From: Lama glama
Taxonomy: Eukaryota
Assembly: GCA_028534125.1 (NCBI GenBank)
Contig: CM052816.1
Coordinates: 2,792,001-2,856,000, forward strand
DNA length: 64,000 nt
Reading direction: 5' to 3'
In this document: positions 13,636-25,649 of the stretch, one piece after another
Position numbering within the stretch: the stretch's first letter is position 1
Layout of the letters: every line of letters begins with the position of its first letter
The notes under the pieces: model-generated
Databases searched by the model: none
Told to the model about the DNA's origin: nothing
Seen by the model: only the letters and a program-made list of their open reading frames with translations
Position numbers and translations under genes: made by a program

Positions 13636-13860
13636 ACACTAATATTTACTCTGTGTTGTGCACCAGGCACTGTCTAAATGCCTTACATGTCTTATCACAT
13701 TTAATCCTCAAAAAAAAAAAAATTCCAGGATGTAAGTGTAATTATCATCTACATTTTACAAGTAGGAAAAGTGAGACACACGGAGGTTGATGACTTGGTG
13801 ACGGTTACAGGTAGAAAGATGAAGCGAGGATTCAACCAGGTCTGTCTCCTGAGCCACATT
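13635..13860 (-). mobile_element. MIR
   Basis: 'ccaggcactgtctaaatgccttacatgtcttatcacatttaatcctca...attttacaagtaggaaaagtgagacac'. Confidence 0.8.
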
Positions 13861-14079
13861 CAAAAAATCCCTGTGGAATGAATATGCGACTCTTAAATCT
13901 GTCTGTTACTCACACAAAAACCTCACTCCAGGTTTAGTCCCAGGGCTCTAATTTTCTGGGGGACATTGTACTTTTCTCCCGAACCCCGCTGGACTTTCCA
14001 GTTTCTGGGGCAGAGTCTTCTCCTGATACCCTAGGCTGCGCCAGAGGTAGGGTGACTCTGGGAAGGGCTAAACAGGAAG

Positions 14080-14480
14080 CAGTCCAGGCTTTGCAGACCA
14101 CTTACTTTCTCTGTGACATGTTCTTTGTTTTTTAGAACCCTCCAAAAATGTAAAACATCGTTCTTAGCTTGAGAGCGTCCTCTGACCCCTGTTCTAGGCC
14201 CCCACACCTTGGAGTCATGCTTAAAATGTCCCTCTCTCACTACTTGTGCATCCAATCATCGGGTGGGCTGCCTCTCAAAATCCCCTTTACATTTTTTTCA
14301 GCACCTCCATCCCTGATTCAGGCACCCACTATCTCAAGCATGCTCTGGTCACCAAAATGGTCTCCCCTACTCCCCAAAGCAGCCCACATGTCACTGCTGG
14401 ATCTGTTTTCACAAACAGTGATTTGCACAGATCATTCCCCTGCTAAAACACCTTCAGATCTAAGCCCCTTAGTCTGCAGT
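14080..14480. mobile_element. MER58-like fragment followed by L2 fragment
   Basis: 'aggctttgcagacca...aaaaatgtaaaacatcgttcttagctt' (MER58-like), then 'ccttggagtcatgctt...catccaatcatc...cattcccctgctaaaacaccttca' (L2, +). Confidence 0.55.
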
Positions 14481-14524
14481 GAAGGGCGGAGCCCCCAAAT
14501 ACACACATACACACAGAGTTATCT

Positions 14525-14775
14525 GGTCTTTAATGATAATACAAATAACAGCTAACATTTAATGAACATCAGTGTGATCCACTAGCCCCACTGACCATCT
14601 CATTTAAGCCTCATCAGGACCCTGTGAGATAGGTATGACTATGAGCCCAATTTTACAGAGGAGTAACTGAGGCTCAGAGAGACAAAGAAACAGATGCTAG
14701 TTTACACAGCAAAATGATAAAACTGGGAACAAAATTGTGGCCATCAGACTCCAGGGTCCCTTCCCTTAACCTCCA
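14525..14775 (-). mobile_element. MIR
   Basis: 'ctcatttaagcctca...ccctgtgagataggtat...ttttacagaggagtaactgaggctcagaga'. Confidence 0.85.
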
Positions 14776-16436
14776 TCCTGTATCACCTTCAACATGTCTC
14801 CCCCTCTGCCCCACCAGAGCTTCTGCACCAGTCCCACCAACAAACATCCTCCGAGGAACCAGTGAGTCAAGGGACAGGTCACCCTGCCGGATACCCATCT
14901 CAGCTCTCGGCCTGCAAAGGGAAATGACTGCCCTGGAAGAGAAGCTGGTGCCTCTGAACTCAGAGCACCATAAACCGAGTGGGGATGACCTTAGGTGTGG
15001 ACAGCGGGTCCCCAAAACAGGCTGATGTCCCCAAAAACAGGCTGCCAGCCAGCAAGTGGGCAGCGCGGAGCAGCTGCATTTCAAAGCAGCAGACCAAGGC
15101 AAGCTACCACCGTGCGGACACAACCACTCCACAATTTGCTTAAAAGCCACACTGTGTTTCCTGAACAATGGCTGCAGGCCAAAATACACACATTCCGGTT
15201 TTTACGACTATAAGGTAAGCATTGTTTTAATGGCTCTTTCCCAGTTCCCTCACTCTCTACTGTGCTGTGTTTTGCTTGTTCCATCTCCTCGGTTTTTCTT
15301 CTCCCTTCCCAGCTCTGCTCTCTGCCTCCCTTGCTTCCACCCTCCTGCTTCAGAGCTTGCTTGCCACTATCTCCCGCCTTCCTTTTCAGCAACCTCCCCA
15401 TCACAGTGGTTTTCCCCTGCTTTTGGGCCCCTGGTCAGGTTTTCTCTAATTACTAGACTTCCTCTCCCTCTGTTTTCCTGTTTTCCTGTTTGCCTGGCAA
15501 AGCCTCCTTCCCCTGCCTTTTAAGTTTCCTGGCTTTAGCAAGGACTTGAAAGCTCCACTCCGGCTTCCTGGTCTTCTCATTTCCCACACTGGTCCATCCT
15601 CTCTTCTCCACTGTGGCTCCCCTGCATGGCCCTTTCCTTTCTTTCTGGACACCTGGTCCCAAGAATCCCTCCCACCCCTCCTATCCCCTTCACCCTTCAC
15701 CTCTGTTCTTTGTTCCCTTGTCTCCTGCCTTTCCTCAACCCTCCCATCCCTCCTCTTAGGTCCCCTCCTGGTTTCCATCCCTCCCCCCCACCCTTATCTT
15801 TGTTTTCCTTCCTTCTGGCTGCTGATAGAGTGGGAGTAGTTGCAGGCTGCATCCCTGATTGCACATGCAGACGCAGAGCCAGCATGTCAGTCTAACACTA
15901 ACGTTGCCCGGGGAAAGGGAGTCTCAGACCCTACAAGCAGTTTACCCCTGCAGTTTGAAGTTGAGCTAGAAGGCTTCAGAGCAAAGCCACGAGGAGTCTG
16001 AGGCGTCTGGCTAGGCAGGCCGCATGGAGAAAGGACTGACTGTTTCTTCTTCCCCCTGATCTCGTTTAAGTCAAGGCCAAAGACTGGGGCTGGGACAGGT
16101 CATTTGTAAGCTGTAGCCTTGGGGAGGGACCTCAGTGATCTTCCCCGCTCACACACACACATACACACCACACACACAAACACACATTTTTTTATTCGTT
16201 TTTGTTCAGAGCAAAAGGCCCTGTGACTTGTCAGGTGTAGTGTGTAAAACACCCACACTGCGAAATGAGAATGATACACAGAACGAGAACCACCACAAAA
16301 GGGGATGCTGCTGCTGGGGAGAGGGCTGTCCTCCATCCCCTCTGCCTCTTGCCCATCCGTTCTTTTCAACTTCAGCAGTTCCTGCTTCCTTGACTGAGCC
16401 CCGTTCGAGCAGAGCTGGGTCTTTCCTTAGAAGACA

Positions 16437-16450
16437 GCGCCATCTAGCAG
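16437..16450 (-). promoter_or_regulatory. Candidate CTCF-binding site
   Basis: Minus strand CTGCTAGATGGCGC matches 13/14 positions of the core consensus CCRSYAGRKGGCRS. It lies in unique sequence with the CpG retained. Confidence 0.55.
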
Positions 16451-17142
16451 GTGAAATGCCAAACCCTTAGCTGAGCGCCGAGAAGGAAAGCAGCCTCCCT
16501 GGACCCCAACCAGTTCCTAACTTCCCCAGCTCTCAGCCGGTCCAACTCCCACTGGCCTGAAATAGCGATTGAACTCTTTAACCTTTGCTAGAGATTTAAG
16601 TCCGTTTCCAATCACCTCTGCTTCAGCGCCTGATTGAGTTTCAGTTTGTGGCCTTAGTTTCTAGAAATGGCAACAAAGTTCTTGGTGAGCCAACAGGCTC
16701 TGCCTGACGGCAGGGAGCTCCAGGTGACTTTTCCAAAGCAAAATGAAAAAGAACATTGTAAAGCCATCTGAATGGCTGAGGCCGCCTCTGGAACTCTGTA
16801 GCAATATTGGATTCTCTCCTTTTTCTGTCATTTCATCGCCTTCCTTCTTTCCACGTTTATTGAGTGCCTGCTGTGGACCTGGCACGATGCTAAGTTAATT
16901 AAGAGACAGCACCTCTCTCCAGAGTCCCACAGTCCAATGGACTCAGATGTTAGGCTCTTGGGTTTGCAGAACCTCTGATGTGGGACAGGGTCTTTGTAAT
17001 TCTAGCTGTGCTAAGGGTGTAGGGGATGGAGGAGAGAGGCAGGCCCAAGACCCCCCACCTCGACCTCTGTCCAAACAGCTTCGTGTTCATCTGGGTTTTA
17101 CTTCTTAAGTTTCTGCCTAAAATTTTGTTTGAATAAACTATT

Positions 17143-17343
17143 TTCTATTGATGTATAGTTGATATACAATGTTGTGTCAGTCTCTGGTGTACAGCATAGT
17201 GATTCAGTTATACACACACATAAATACATATTATTTTTCATATTTTTTTCCATTCTAGGTTACTACAAGATGTTGCATATAGTTCTCTGTGCTATACAGA
17301 ATAAAACTGTTATTTATCTGTTTTATATATAGTAGTCAGTACC
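17143..17343 (-). mobile_element. 5'-truncated L1 3'-UTR insertion with imperfect TSD
   Basis: 'attgatgtatagttgatatacaatgttgtg...tctggtgtacagcatagtgattcagttata...ctgtgctatacag'. Flanked by TGAATAAACTATT (17130-17142) and TGAATAAAGTATT (17344-17356). Confidence 0.85.
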
Positions 17344-17628
17344 TGAATAAAGTATTCTGAAGCTTAAGAAGGATTTTGAAGACATCGACTCCAATCTCAC
17401 TCTACAGATGAGAGCATGGGATCCAGGGAAGTTTAAGGACTCACCCAAGGCCAGAGAATTAGGGAAATAGCTCTCCAGCTTCTACTTTCTTGGCTCCTGG
17501 ACAATAAAACCCCAGCAGGTCTTTAAGACCAGGCTTCTACAACGGCAATGAGAGCAAAGTGAACTGCTCTGATTATTTCGTACTTCTGTTTGCTTTTCTC
17601 CTACCAGATTCCATGTAGGCAAGGGCGG

Positions 17629-18033
17629 CAACTGAGTCTGCCAGAGCTGCCGGAACAAAATACCCCAGAGTGGGTGGCTTCAGCAACAGAGATCTATTAT
17701 AGTCCTGGGGGCTGGAAGTCCAAGGTCAAGGTGGTGACCTCTTCTGTATGGCACCTTGGGAAGCTGAGGGAAGGACCTGTTCCAAGCACCCCCCTCGGCT
17801 TGTTGGTTAACCTCTCCTCCCTGCATCTTCATATCGTCTTCCCTCTGTACGTGTTTCTGTCCAAGTTTTCTCTTCTTATAAGCATACCAGTCATATGAGA
17901 TCAGGGCTCTTCCTAATGACCTCCTTTCAGCTTAACCACCTCTGTAAAGACCCTGTCCCCAGATACATTCCGAGGTACTAGGATTGGGACTTCAAGGCGA
18001 ATAGTTTGGAGGGACAAAATTCAGCCCATAACA
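17629..18033 (-). mobile_element. MaLR solo LTR (MLT1A/B-like)
   Basis: 'gctgccggaacaaaatacc.cagagtgggtggctt...gggctggaagtccaaggtcaaggt...cctaatgacctc...ctgtaaagaccct...gggacaaaattcagcccataaca'. Confidence 0.85.
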
Positions 18034-18369
18034 GATGGCAACTAGTTTTTATTTTCCTTGCAAATTTTGATCAATTGGTAGTGGCTCCTTAGACTCCCCA
18101 CCCTGCTGCCAAAAAGGATGAAAAGCATTCTGGGACTGAGTCCACAGGGAGTCCACGTTGCCAGGGTCAGCTACAGGCATGGGAGTGGGAAGTGGCAGCT
18201 TGGCTGTCAGATGTCTGCCTTTGGTGACCTTGGGCATGTAGACACTGCCTCCTAGGAGCAAGGGACATACATATCTTGACATACCAAAGCATTCCAAAGC
18301 CAGACTTCTGAAAGAAGGTCCATGGCCCTCATGTGGCCTTGACACTGAGATCCAAGGAGGTTGTGCCTC

Positions 18370-18869
18370 NNNNNNNNNNNNNNNNNNNNNNNNNNNNNNN
18401 NNNNNNNNNNNNNNNNNNNNNNNNNNNNNNNNNNNNNNNNNNNNNNNNNNNNNNNNNNNNNNNNNNNNNNNNNNNNNNNNNNNNNNNNNNNNNNNNNNNN
18501 NNNNNNNNNNNNNNNNNNNNNNNNNNNNNNNNNNNNNNNNNNNNNNNNNNNNNNNNNNNNNNNNNNNNNNNNNNNNNNNNNNNNNNNNNNNNNNNNNNNN
18601 NNNNNNNNNNNNNNNNNNNNNNNNNNNNNNNNNNNNNNNNNNNNNNNNNNNNNNNNNNNNNNNNNNNNNNNNNNNNNNNNNNNNNNNNNNNNNNNNNNNN
18701 NNNNNNNNNNNNNNNNNNNNNNNNNNNNNNNNNNNNNNNNNNNNNNNNNNNNNNNNNNNNNNNNNNNNNNNNNNNNNNNNNNNNNNNNNNNNNNNNNNNN
18801 NNNNNNNNNNNNNNNNNNNNNNNNNNNNNNNNNNNNNNNNNNNNNNNNNNNNNNNNNNNNNNNNNNNNN
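18370..18869. other. Assembly gap (500 N)
   Basis: Exactly 500 N. Confidence 1.
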
Positions 18870-19524
18870 GCATTTTTATGCTATCATCCATTTGAGGCAC
18901 TCATTAATAGTTAATTTAATATTGTTCCAATAAACTCCTCGTTTTTCAACATCTAGATATTCTTGAATAGAAAAGGATGTTTTGTTAAATTATATACCTT
19001 AGTTCGATAGTTTTAAATCAGCTTCCAGTGTACCATTTAAAGCAATTTACGAGATGCTGCAGTGTCCTGAAAGAACTTGGGATGCCTTAAAAACATATCA
19101 CATTTCTCTTAATAATTAACTTACTAAGCAAAGGGGCTTAAAAGTGTAGAAAAATCAACATTTGGCTATGCAATGCACACTTGCATTTTCTGTCTCCCTT
19201 TTCCCTTTGAGTCAAGACTAGGTAATAAGGATTTCCACATATATATACCTCTTTTGTACAGTTATATCATTTTCACTGAAGGTCAAATGAGGATGCTTTA
19301 TCAAACGGTGACAATTTATAGGGAGAGACACTAGCAGAAATGGGAGGTACACAGAAATATTAAAATTTAATTCAATGGCTAACTGATTCCCATTAAGACC
19401 ACACTTGCTTCAAGTTTTATGCTTTATCTGTTGTCCAAAAGCACTCAGTCTTTTGGGAAAATATTTCCTTGCTATTGTTTCCAAAAGTTAATTTCCTTTT
19501 ATATTTGCACGTTTGCATTCTAAC

Positions 19525-19720
19525 ACATAACTTCTCAGAGCTGGAAAATGTACTGAGCTATCTTGTTCAAATATCTACCCTCTGTGTGAATGAATTCTTG
19601 GTTCACAATCTCCGACAGACAGCTCTCAGGCCTCTGGTTAACACCTCCAGTGATGGACGACTCACTTGATCTGGAAAAAGCAGTTCCCTCCAACTCTCAG
19701 TCTTCTGAAATGAGAGTCGA
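19525..19720 (-). mobile_element. L3/CR1 3' fragment
   Basis: 'cagagctggaaaatgtactgagctatcttgttcaa...ggcctctggttaacacctccagtgatggacgactcact' resembles reverse-complement L3. Confidence 0.55.
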
Positions 19721-21577
19721 AGGGTGACCTGGACATTCAAATAATCGGAGAATGATGCACGTAGGTGAGGGTGTTTTCTCACATAACTTACAGGTTTGCA
19801 TAACAAGATGCTCAGATTCTTTGGTTATCTGGGGCTGATTTATTTTGATGCTTCTCTGATTTCTGAGGCTTCGAGACAGAGCAAGCATTCTTTATTTGTC
19901 AACTAAACTAGGCCTCCATCTATGCCCAGACTTAAGAGGGCTCCCATTAAAATGAATTCACGGCTGTCTGATTTTTAAGTCTCTTTTGTTCCTGGGCTAG
20001 CAGAGAGGGAGGGTGGAGGGACAACTAGAGTAACAGACCCCCAGTCCTCTAATTATGGCACCAATAATCCCCTTTATATTCTGGTGTTTGTAGCATGTTT
20101 ATGGTTTTCATCTTAAAGGCCGAACAAAAGCTGACTCCAATTGCTACAAACTCATGAGGCCCCAGACACAGGCCTCAAGCAAGGAAACGAACAAACAGAA
20201 TGCATGGGAACCCAGCTTCTCAGATTAACTATGACAATGGCATAGATCCCATATGTCTCAGGAGAAGGGGGATATTTAAAAGTTTCTCGGGTGTCCTGTC
20301 AAATCAGGATTATCCAGCCCCCATGCAATTGTTCATTTTTCATCCTCAGCGGAATGTCGTATGGACTGCATCCTTCACTTCTGCTTAAGCCTGGTGTTTT
20401 TCATTAATTAGGCCTCTGCCACCAAAGCTTTCACTGAAGTCATCTGATTTAGACTTTGCTTGGTGGGCTATACAAAATCAGTATCAGTTACTATTTTTTT
20501 TAATAATTTTTATTTTTCACGTGACTCAGCCAGCCAGCCAGGGAAAATAGGGCTTTGAAATTTTACAAACTGATTCCACACAGATAACAGAAAGCCCTGG
20601 ATTCATTGTCAGGAGTGAGCAGTTCTGTAAGTTGGGCCACGGTATGCTCCGAGCAAACAAAGAAAGAGTAAGAAGAGTGAAACACAAAGTTTGGCTTTTT
20701 CCACCTGTGGAGCGACGAGATAAGAATGTGTTTCTGTTCCTCTGTGGATTCTAAATGTTTATTTACAGACTCAGGTATCAAAACAAAGTTCTTTTTAATT
20801 CTGGAGAAAAAGAAGTTTGGTAAGGAGAGATTTTTTTTTAAGGCCAGCAAGGCAATCTGGTTGTATCCATCATTACCTTTAGTTAATGACCTACTTGTTG
20901 GTTAGCAGCTGCTGTTGCCAAGGAAAGGTACCTGGTTTCTAACAGTAGTACCTCATTGCTAGCTGGGGTGACAGAAGGAGAGAAATCAATGGCCTGCCTC
21001 AGGGCCATGTGGGCGAGTGGACCCAGCTTGAAAAGAATGTGCTTTTCTTCAGTTACCTAGAATGACTGTTAAGTCTCTGCCTTCCAAGGAATCTTACCCG
21101 AAAAAAAAAGCAGCCTAGTTAGTACAGAGTTACCCTAAAACTGGAAAAAGCCAGTTGGAAAGAAGCAAAATTATAAGGAAAGCATTTCCAGGGCTCACAT
21201 TTCCTTAGAGAAAAAATACAAAATATAATTTTGACCACATAATGCCAATTTACCCATTTCTTGTGAAAAACCTAACCATTATACAAAGAGAAAACATTTG
21301 TGCTGGTATGACTGGGGCATTCTCTTCCTGCTTTCAAGCCGCGTGGAAAGTCAGACTTGGGGATGAGAAGGGTGCCTGGGGCTCATGAGACTGGAAGAGA
21401 AAAGGCTGGATTAACAGGATCTTTCATGGTCTGCATCTGACATTGACAAAGATCTTGCCAAACGGACCAAAAATTGTCAAAGTCCTGCATCTAGAACTCC
21501 TTACATTCATTGCCACACTAGCTCCAACCTGCCATCATAGCCAAAAATAAACCCAAAACTAAAATAAAGCATTTCCT

Positions 21578-21683
21578 TGGGGGTGGAGGGGTGGGGTGGG
21601 GTATGGCTCAGTGGTAGAGCTCATGCTTAGCATGCATGAGGTCCCGGGTTCAATCCCCAGTACCTCCATTATAACAAATAAAT
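21578..21683 (+). mobile_element. Camelid tRNA-derived SINE (Vic-1-like)
   Basis: A box TGGCTCAGTGG (21604-21614), B box GGTTCAATCCC (21647-21657) and an A-rich tail. 21-bp TSD AACTAAAATAAAGCATTTCCT (21557-21577) / AACTAAAATCAAGCATTTCCT (21684-21704). Confidence 0.92.
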
Positions 21684-21829
21684 AACTAAAATCAAGCATT
21701 TCCTGCTGGTCTTTGAGCAGTCCATGGAGAGTTTGGCTGCTTGCCTTTCAAAGGAAAGGATTTGGAGGCAGGAAAATCACCAAATTCATAAGCATAAGCA
21801 CAGACCCATGTATTCAGGACATTAAAGAC

Positions 21830-22722
21830 ACAAGAGATATATATTATATATATATATATCAAAAGTGCAATCTAGGAATCCATTAATTAATGCTCAAGTC
21901 CCTGAATTTATAATGGTATTTTTTTAAAAAGCAAATTGGTTACCTTCAAAGGAACCAATTCATTATTGTTAACGGTAAATAAAGAGGAAGAATCAAGCGT
22001 CTCCTACATGAACCGAACCACTGGGTAATCAAAGAGTAGATGAGGGGAAGCATCTGTTTATAAATATTCTAGCTAACAAGTGAAAAGGAAATAATAGAAT
22101 TAGACATCACCATTTAGCAATCCCCAGGCACTGTGCATTGGCTGATGTTAACTTTTTAAAAGGAGCAAATATCAGACATCATGTGCCTCCTGGTGAAAGA
22201 AGTCAGTGCCACCTACCAAATGGATTGAACCTGAATCTAATCGGGTCTCTGAATATAGTTCCCAAATTGAGAAAATACAGAGGGCAGAGGAACATAGCGA
22301 TCTCTACAATGAATATATAATCAGCAACATCCATATTGTAGGAAAACTCTACAGCTCAAAAGGTACTTGGAAGAAAAAGAAAGGAATGTTTGGGAAACCA
22401 GTAGATTTAAAAGAGACTTGAAAGACAGATGAGTTTATTTAATGGGCAAGACTAAACTAGAGTGTCTAGGGGTGCTCACTTGGATGGTGAGCTATGAAGA
22501 ACACAGGGAGGTAATTGCTACAAAAGTCAGGAGAGTGGTTACTTCCAGGGAAGGGGGAAAGTGAGATCAGGTGGGGCACACGGAGAGCCTTCTGGGGTGA
22601 CTGACAAAGCTTTGTATCTTGACTTCAGTGGTGATTAGAAGGGTGTTGCCTTCTAACACATTAAGCTACACAGCTATTTTGTGTTACTTTTTGTACCTAT
22701 TTGAGTTAACAACAAAAGGTTT
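21830..22722 (+). mobile_element. Old L1 (L1MC-like) 3' region
   Basis: Same motifs as 8260-9165: 'gggcaagactaaact...cacttggatggtga...aaaagtcaggagagtggttacttc'. Confidence 0.75.
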
Positions 22723-24115
22723 TGCAGAATGAGCAGCCCACTTTTCTCCTTGTTTGTCTTACGGGTACCTGGGCCCAAGGAAGGCCTCTTACCCTCTATA
22801 AGAGACTCAGCCAATCATCCAGTCACTGCCCGGTGTCAAGATATTTCGGAACAGCTACATGATGAGTTGCATCCAGTTTAATTTGCTGATTTGGGTCTAT
22901 CCTTGACTGTCATGTCTGGGGGCTACTCTGGCCCCAAAGCAGCATTTCTGAGAGGCCCTCCAGGAATACAGACCAAACCCAGGAGACCTAGTAGGCTTCA
23001 CATCTTAGTGGTGACAAATAGGACCGGTAGTTTGAGATGGCTTGAAGTCATTCTCTCTAACAGCCCTCCAACCCATGCACCAGAGTGTGGCGGCAGTGTG
23101 TCTGTTGAGAAAATGAGAGTGATCTCAGCGTCTCCAGACGTCATCAAGATGAAAAACTGATCTCATCAAAGCTAGTCAAGAAATTGTACACTGTTTAGGA
23201 TTCTTGCTCTCAGTACCAAGCGTCAGAGCTACAAACAGTTCATAAAAACCTTCCATGGTATGTAGTAGGGTGGGGGAGGTTGTTGCTAAAAGCGTCCTGA
23301 AGGACGCGGGAGATGGGATAACTTCAACTGTATCAGTTTTTACAGATTCCCTATCCAGCCCCCCTCCACTGCCTAAGCAGGCCCTGGCTGCGTATGTGTC
23401 TACTTGGCCCAATGAATTAAGAGCTCTGGCACTTTCCTCCAACGAGCCCATCTCTTTCACAGGCAGTTTGCAGCTGGTGCCTGGATACAAGAGGACTGGT
23501 ACCTAGAAAGCAGAAGTGAAGACCTCAGCTTCAATCCCACAGGGTCTACCCACTTGGTTTTGTAGCTCCCAGCCCCCAAATCATTTCTGGCTCTTATTTT
23601 TCATAATGATGATGATAAATTATTTTTGAAATTCATGGCTCAAGAGCACTTGGAACTGGCTCATACTAAATTGGCCAATAAAGGCCCTTTCGCCCAGGCA
23701 AACTGTAAAGGAATGCGGGGATGTGAGAGTACGGAGCATGGGAGAAGAGGGAGCGACTGGAGAGAAATCTCCAAGCACAAACCACTTTATAAGTCTTCAA
23801 AGTGCTTTTAAAGTCAACCTGATATGTAACGAAAAGCTAACAAAACTGCACACGTATATCCTACACCTAGACCACATTCACGCTGGGCACGTAAAATCCA
23901 AAATGCAAGATTTTATGGGACCTGGAACCCATAACATGCCTGCCTGTCAGGAAGCTGATGAGACAAGACTTTTGATGACCTAAGTTAGTGGCACCCTGGG
24001 CACAGACAATAGCTTTGCCACACCCAAGACCCTCTAAGGAAGTTTGGACTCCATTTCTTCAAGGACCAGGTCTATGGAACACCATGATAATAATCCCTGT
24101 GTCAGAAGCCAGCTT

Positions 24116-24232
24116 GTTCTCAGTTCCCTTTCCAAAGTCCCAGACATCTCTGATCACGACACTCTTTTCTATCTGGCCTAGAAACAGCCTCAGAATCCTT
24201 CTCAACACAGATTTCCAAGAAACTATGATCAA
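24116..24232 (+). repeat. 117-bp dispersed direct repeat, copy 1 (copy 2 at 26995-27111)
   Basis: 115/117 identity by direct comparison. Confidence 0.97.
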
Positions 24233-24279
24233 GGTGGGTACTGAAGTCTAAGGAGGGATGTACTTGCTTAAAGTCATTG

Positions 24280-24815
24280 AAGTAAACGCTAATTCCATCC
24301 TCCATTTCTTCCTGGATGCGAAAGTCCCAATTTCATTTGGGTAATCACGTGCCATGCAGCCACGTGCTCAGAAAAGGGGTCCACTGCCACCACCAGAGGA
24401 AAGGAATCCTGGCTGGTCAAAGCCAATTGTAGCTTCTCGTTGCCCTTATCAGTGACAGGTTAAACACGGACATATGACCGATTCTGGCCAATGGGATCTG
24501 AGAATAGTCTGCTGAGGGGTTTTCAGGAAACACTTTCCTCAAATAAAAACAAGAAAGAAGAAAAAGCAGCACTGCTCCTCACCTTCACGGGATACTATAA
24601 TGTTTGCATGTGATACCTGAAACTCACGTAGCCACTGTACACCAAGACAGGAAGGGCAAGACCCTACAGAGATGGCAGACCCTGCATCCTCAGTGATGTC
24701 TTAAAGCTGCAGCTCTGGACTTCTTGTTATGTACGAGAGTAAATATCCTTGATGTTTAAGCTACTTTTTGCTGTACTTTGAATTTCTTGCAGTCTGAAGC
24801 ACCCAAGCTGGTACA
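24280..24815 (+). mobile_element. MaLR solo LTR (MLT1I/J-like)
   Basis: 'ctggtcaaagccaat...catatgaccgattctggccaatgggatctgag...ctctggacttcttgttatgt..gag...tttaagcta...ttgcagtctgaagcacccaagctggtaca'. Confidence 0.75.
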
Positions 24816-25424
24816 ATCACACAGTAAGTTTGTGGCAGAGCTAGGATTAGAACCAAATGTCATGATTTCCAATCCAACGAAGGCCTGTTTATGGGACTGA
24901 TGAAATCTTTGAACAGCTGTATCAGTCTAGGTTGTGCTGCAGTGAGACACGACCCCTAAATTCTCCAGTTTCTCTTTTTTGCTGTATAACATGTCCATCA
25001 GGGTTGGCGGAAGTCCTGCTCCAGGGACCCTGGCTAGTGGAGAAACTCTTTTCTGAAATATTGCTGGGTTTGGGACAAAGAGAAAAAAAAGTATGGCAAA
25101 CCATGAAGTGGCTCTTAAAACTTCTGTTCAGAAGTTACATATATCACTTTTATTAACCAGAGCAAGTCTCACTGATAGCTTGACGTTAGTGAGAAACAGA
25201 AGAAGGACAATTTCTCTGTGTGAACACCACATTTAGTCTGTATTTAATGCTTTTAAGAAATAGTTAAGCACCCTGGGTAACAAAGATGGCTACCAAATTG
25301 TTCTGAAGACATCTCTAAACTTGAGGCACTGCCATGCCTTTTTATAATAAACTCTTCTTTAAAATATCTTTTCACCTTTGAGTGATTACGCATCCACTAA
25401 AATTTTTTCCCATAAAGTATTATA

Positions 25425-25620
25425 TACTTTAGTGTTGCTTAGAGAGTGTATCTTAAATGTTCTCAACATAAAAAACAAATGGTAATGCTGTGATGAGATG
25501 GAGGTATCAGCTATGGTGGTGACTTTTGGCAATACTTGTTTATGTATATAAAACATTATGCACCTTAAACTTATACAATGTTATATATCAATTATACCTC
25601 AGTAAAGCTGAGGGAAGAAC
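25425..25620 (+). mobile_element. L1 3' end (L1MA9-like)
   Basis: 'gagagtgtatcttaaatgttctca...ggtaat...caccttaaacttatacaatgttatatatcaattatacctcagtaaagctg'. Confidence 0.8.
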
Positions 25621-25649
25621 TTTTTAAGTTTCCAAATCAGCGAAAGCTT

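Larger units (their letters stand above)
24085..24880 (-). mobile_element. MIR split into three pieces by a templated insertion and an MLT1 LTR
   Basis: Pieces 'taatccctgtg' (to 24101), 'aggtgggtactgaagtctaaggagg..tacttgcttaaagtca' (from 24232) and 'tcacacagtaagtttgtggcagagctaggattagaacc' (about 24817) are in MIR reverse-complement order. Confidence 0.55.

Noticed and set aside
15008..15044. Small tandem duplications (17-18 bp here, also at about 6216-6260, 9874-9915 and 43824-43860)
   Set aside because: Ordinary slippage products, not an array, with no CRISPR-like repeat-spacer structure.
14674..15895. Dense stack of overlapping ORFs on both strands
   Set aside because: Explained by pyrimidine/purine skew lowering stop-codon frequency. 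The peptides are low-complexity.
18049..18933. Long ORFs (283, 193 and 190 aa) across the first gap, and the 201-aa ORF at 49442-50047
   Set aside because: They consist almost entirely of X translated from N runs.
21600..21670. tRNA gene-like sequence (also at about 53710-53780)
   Set aside because: These are SINE heads, each with an A-rich tail and TSD, not tRNA genes.
8260..22722. Similarity between 8260-9165 and 21830-22722 suggesting a segmental duplication
   Set aside because: They are diverged, independent copies of the same old L1 3' region, and the flanks are unrelated.
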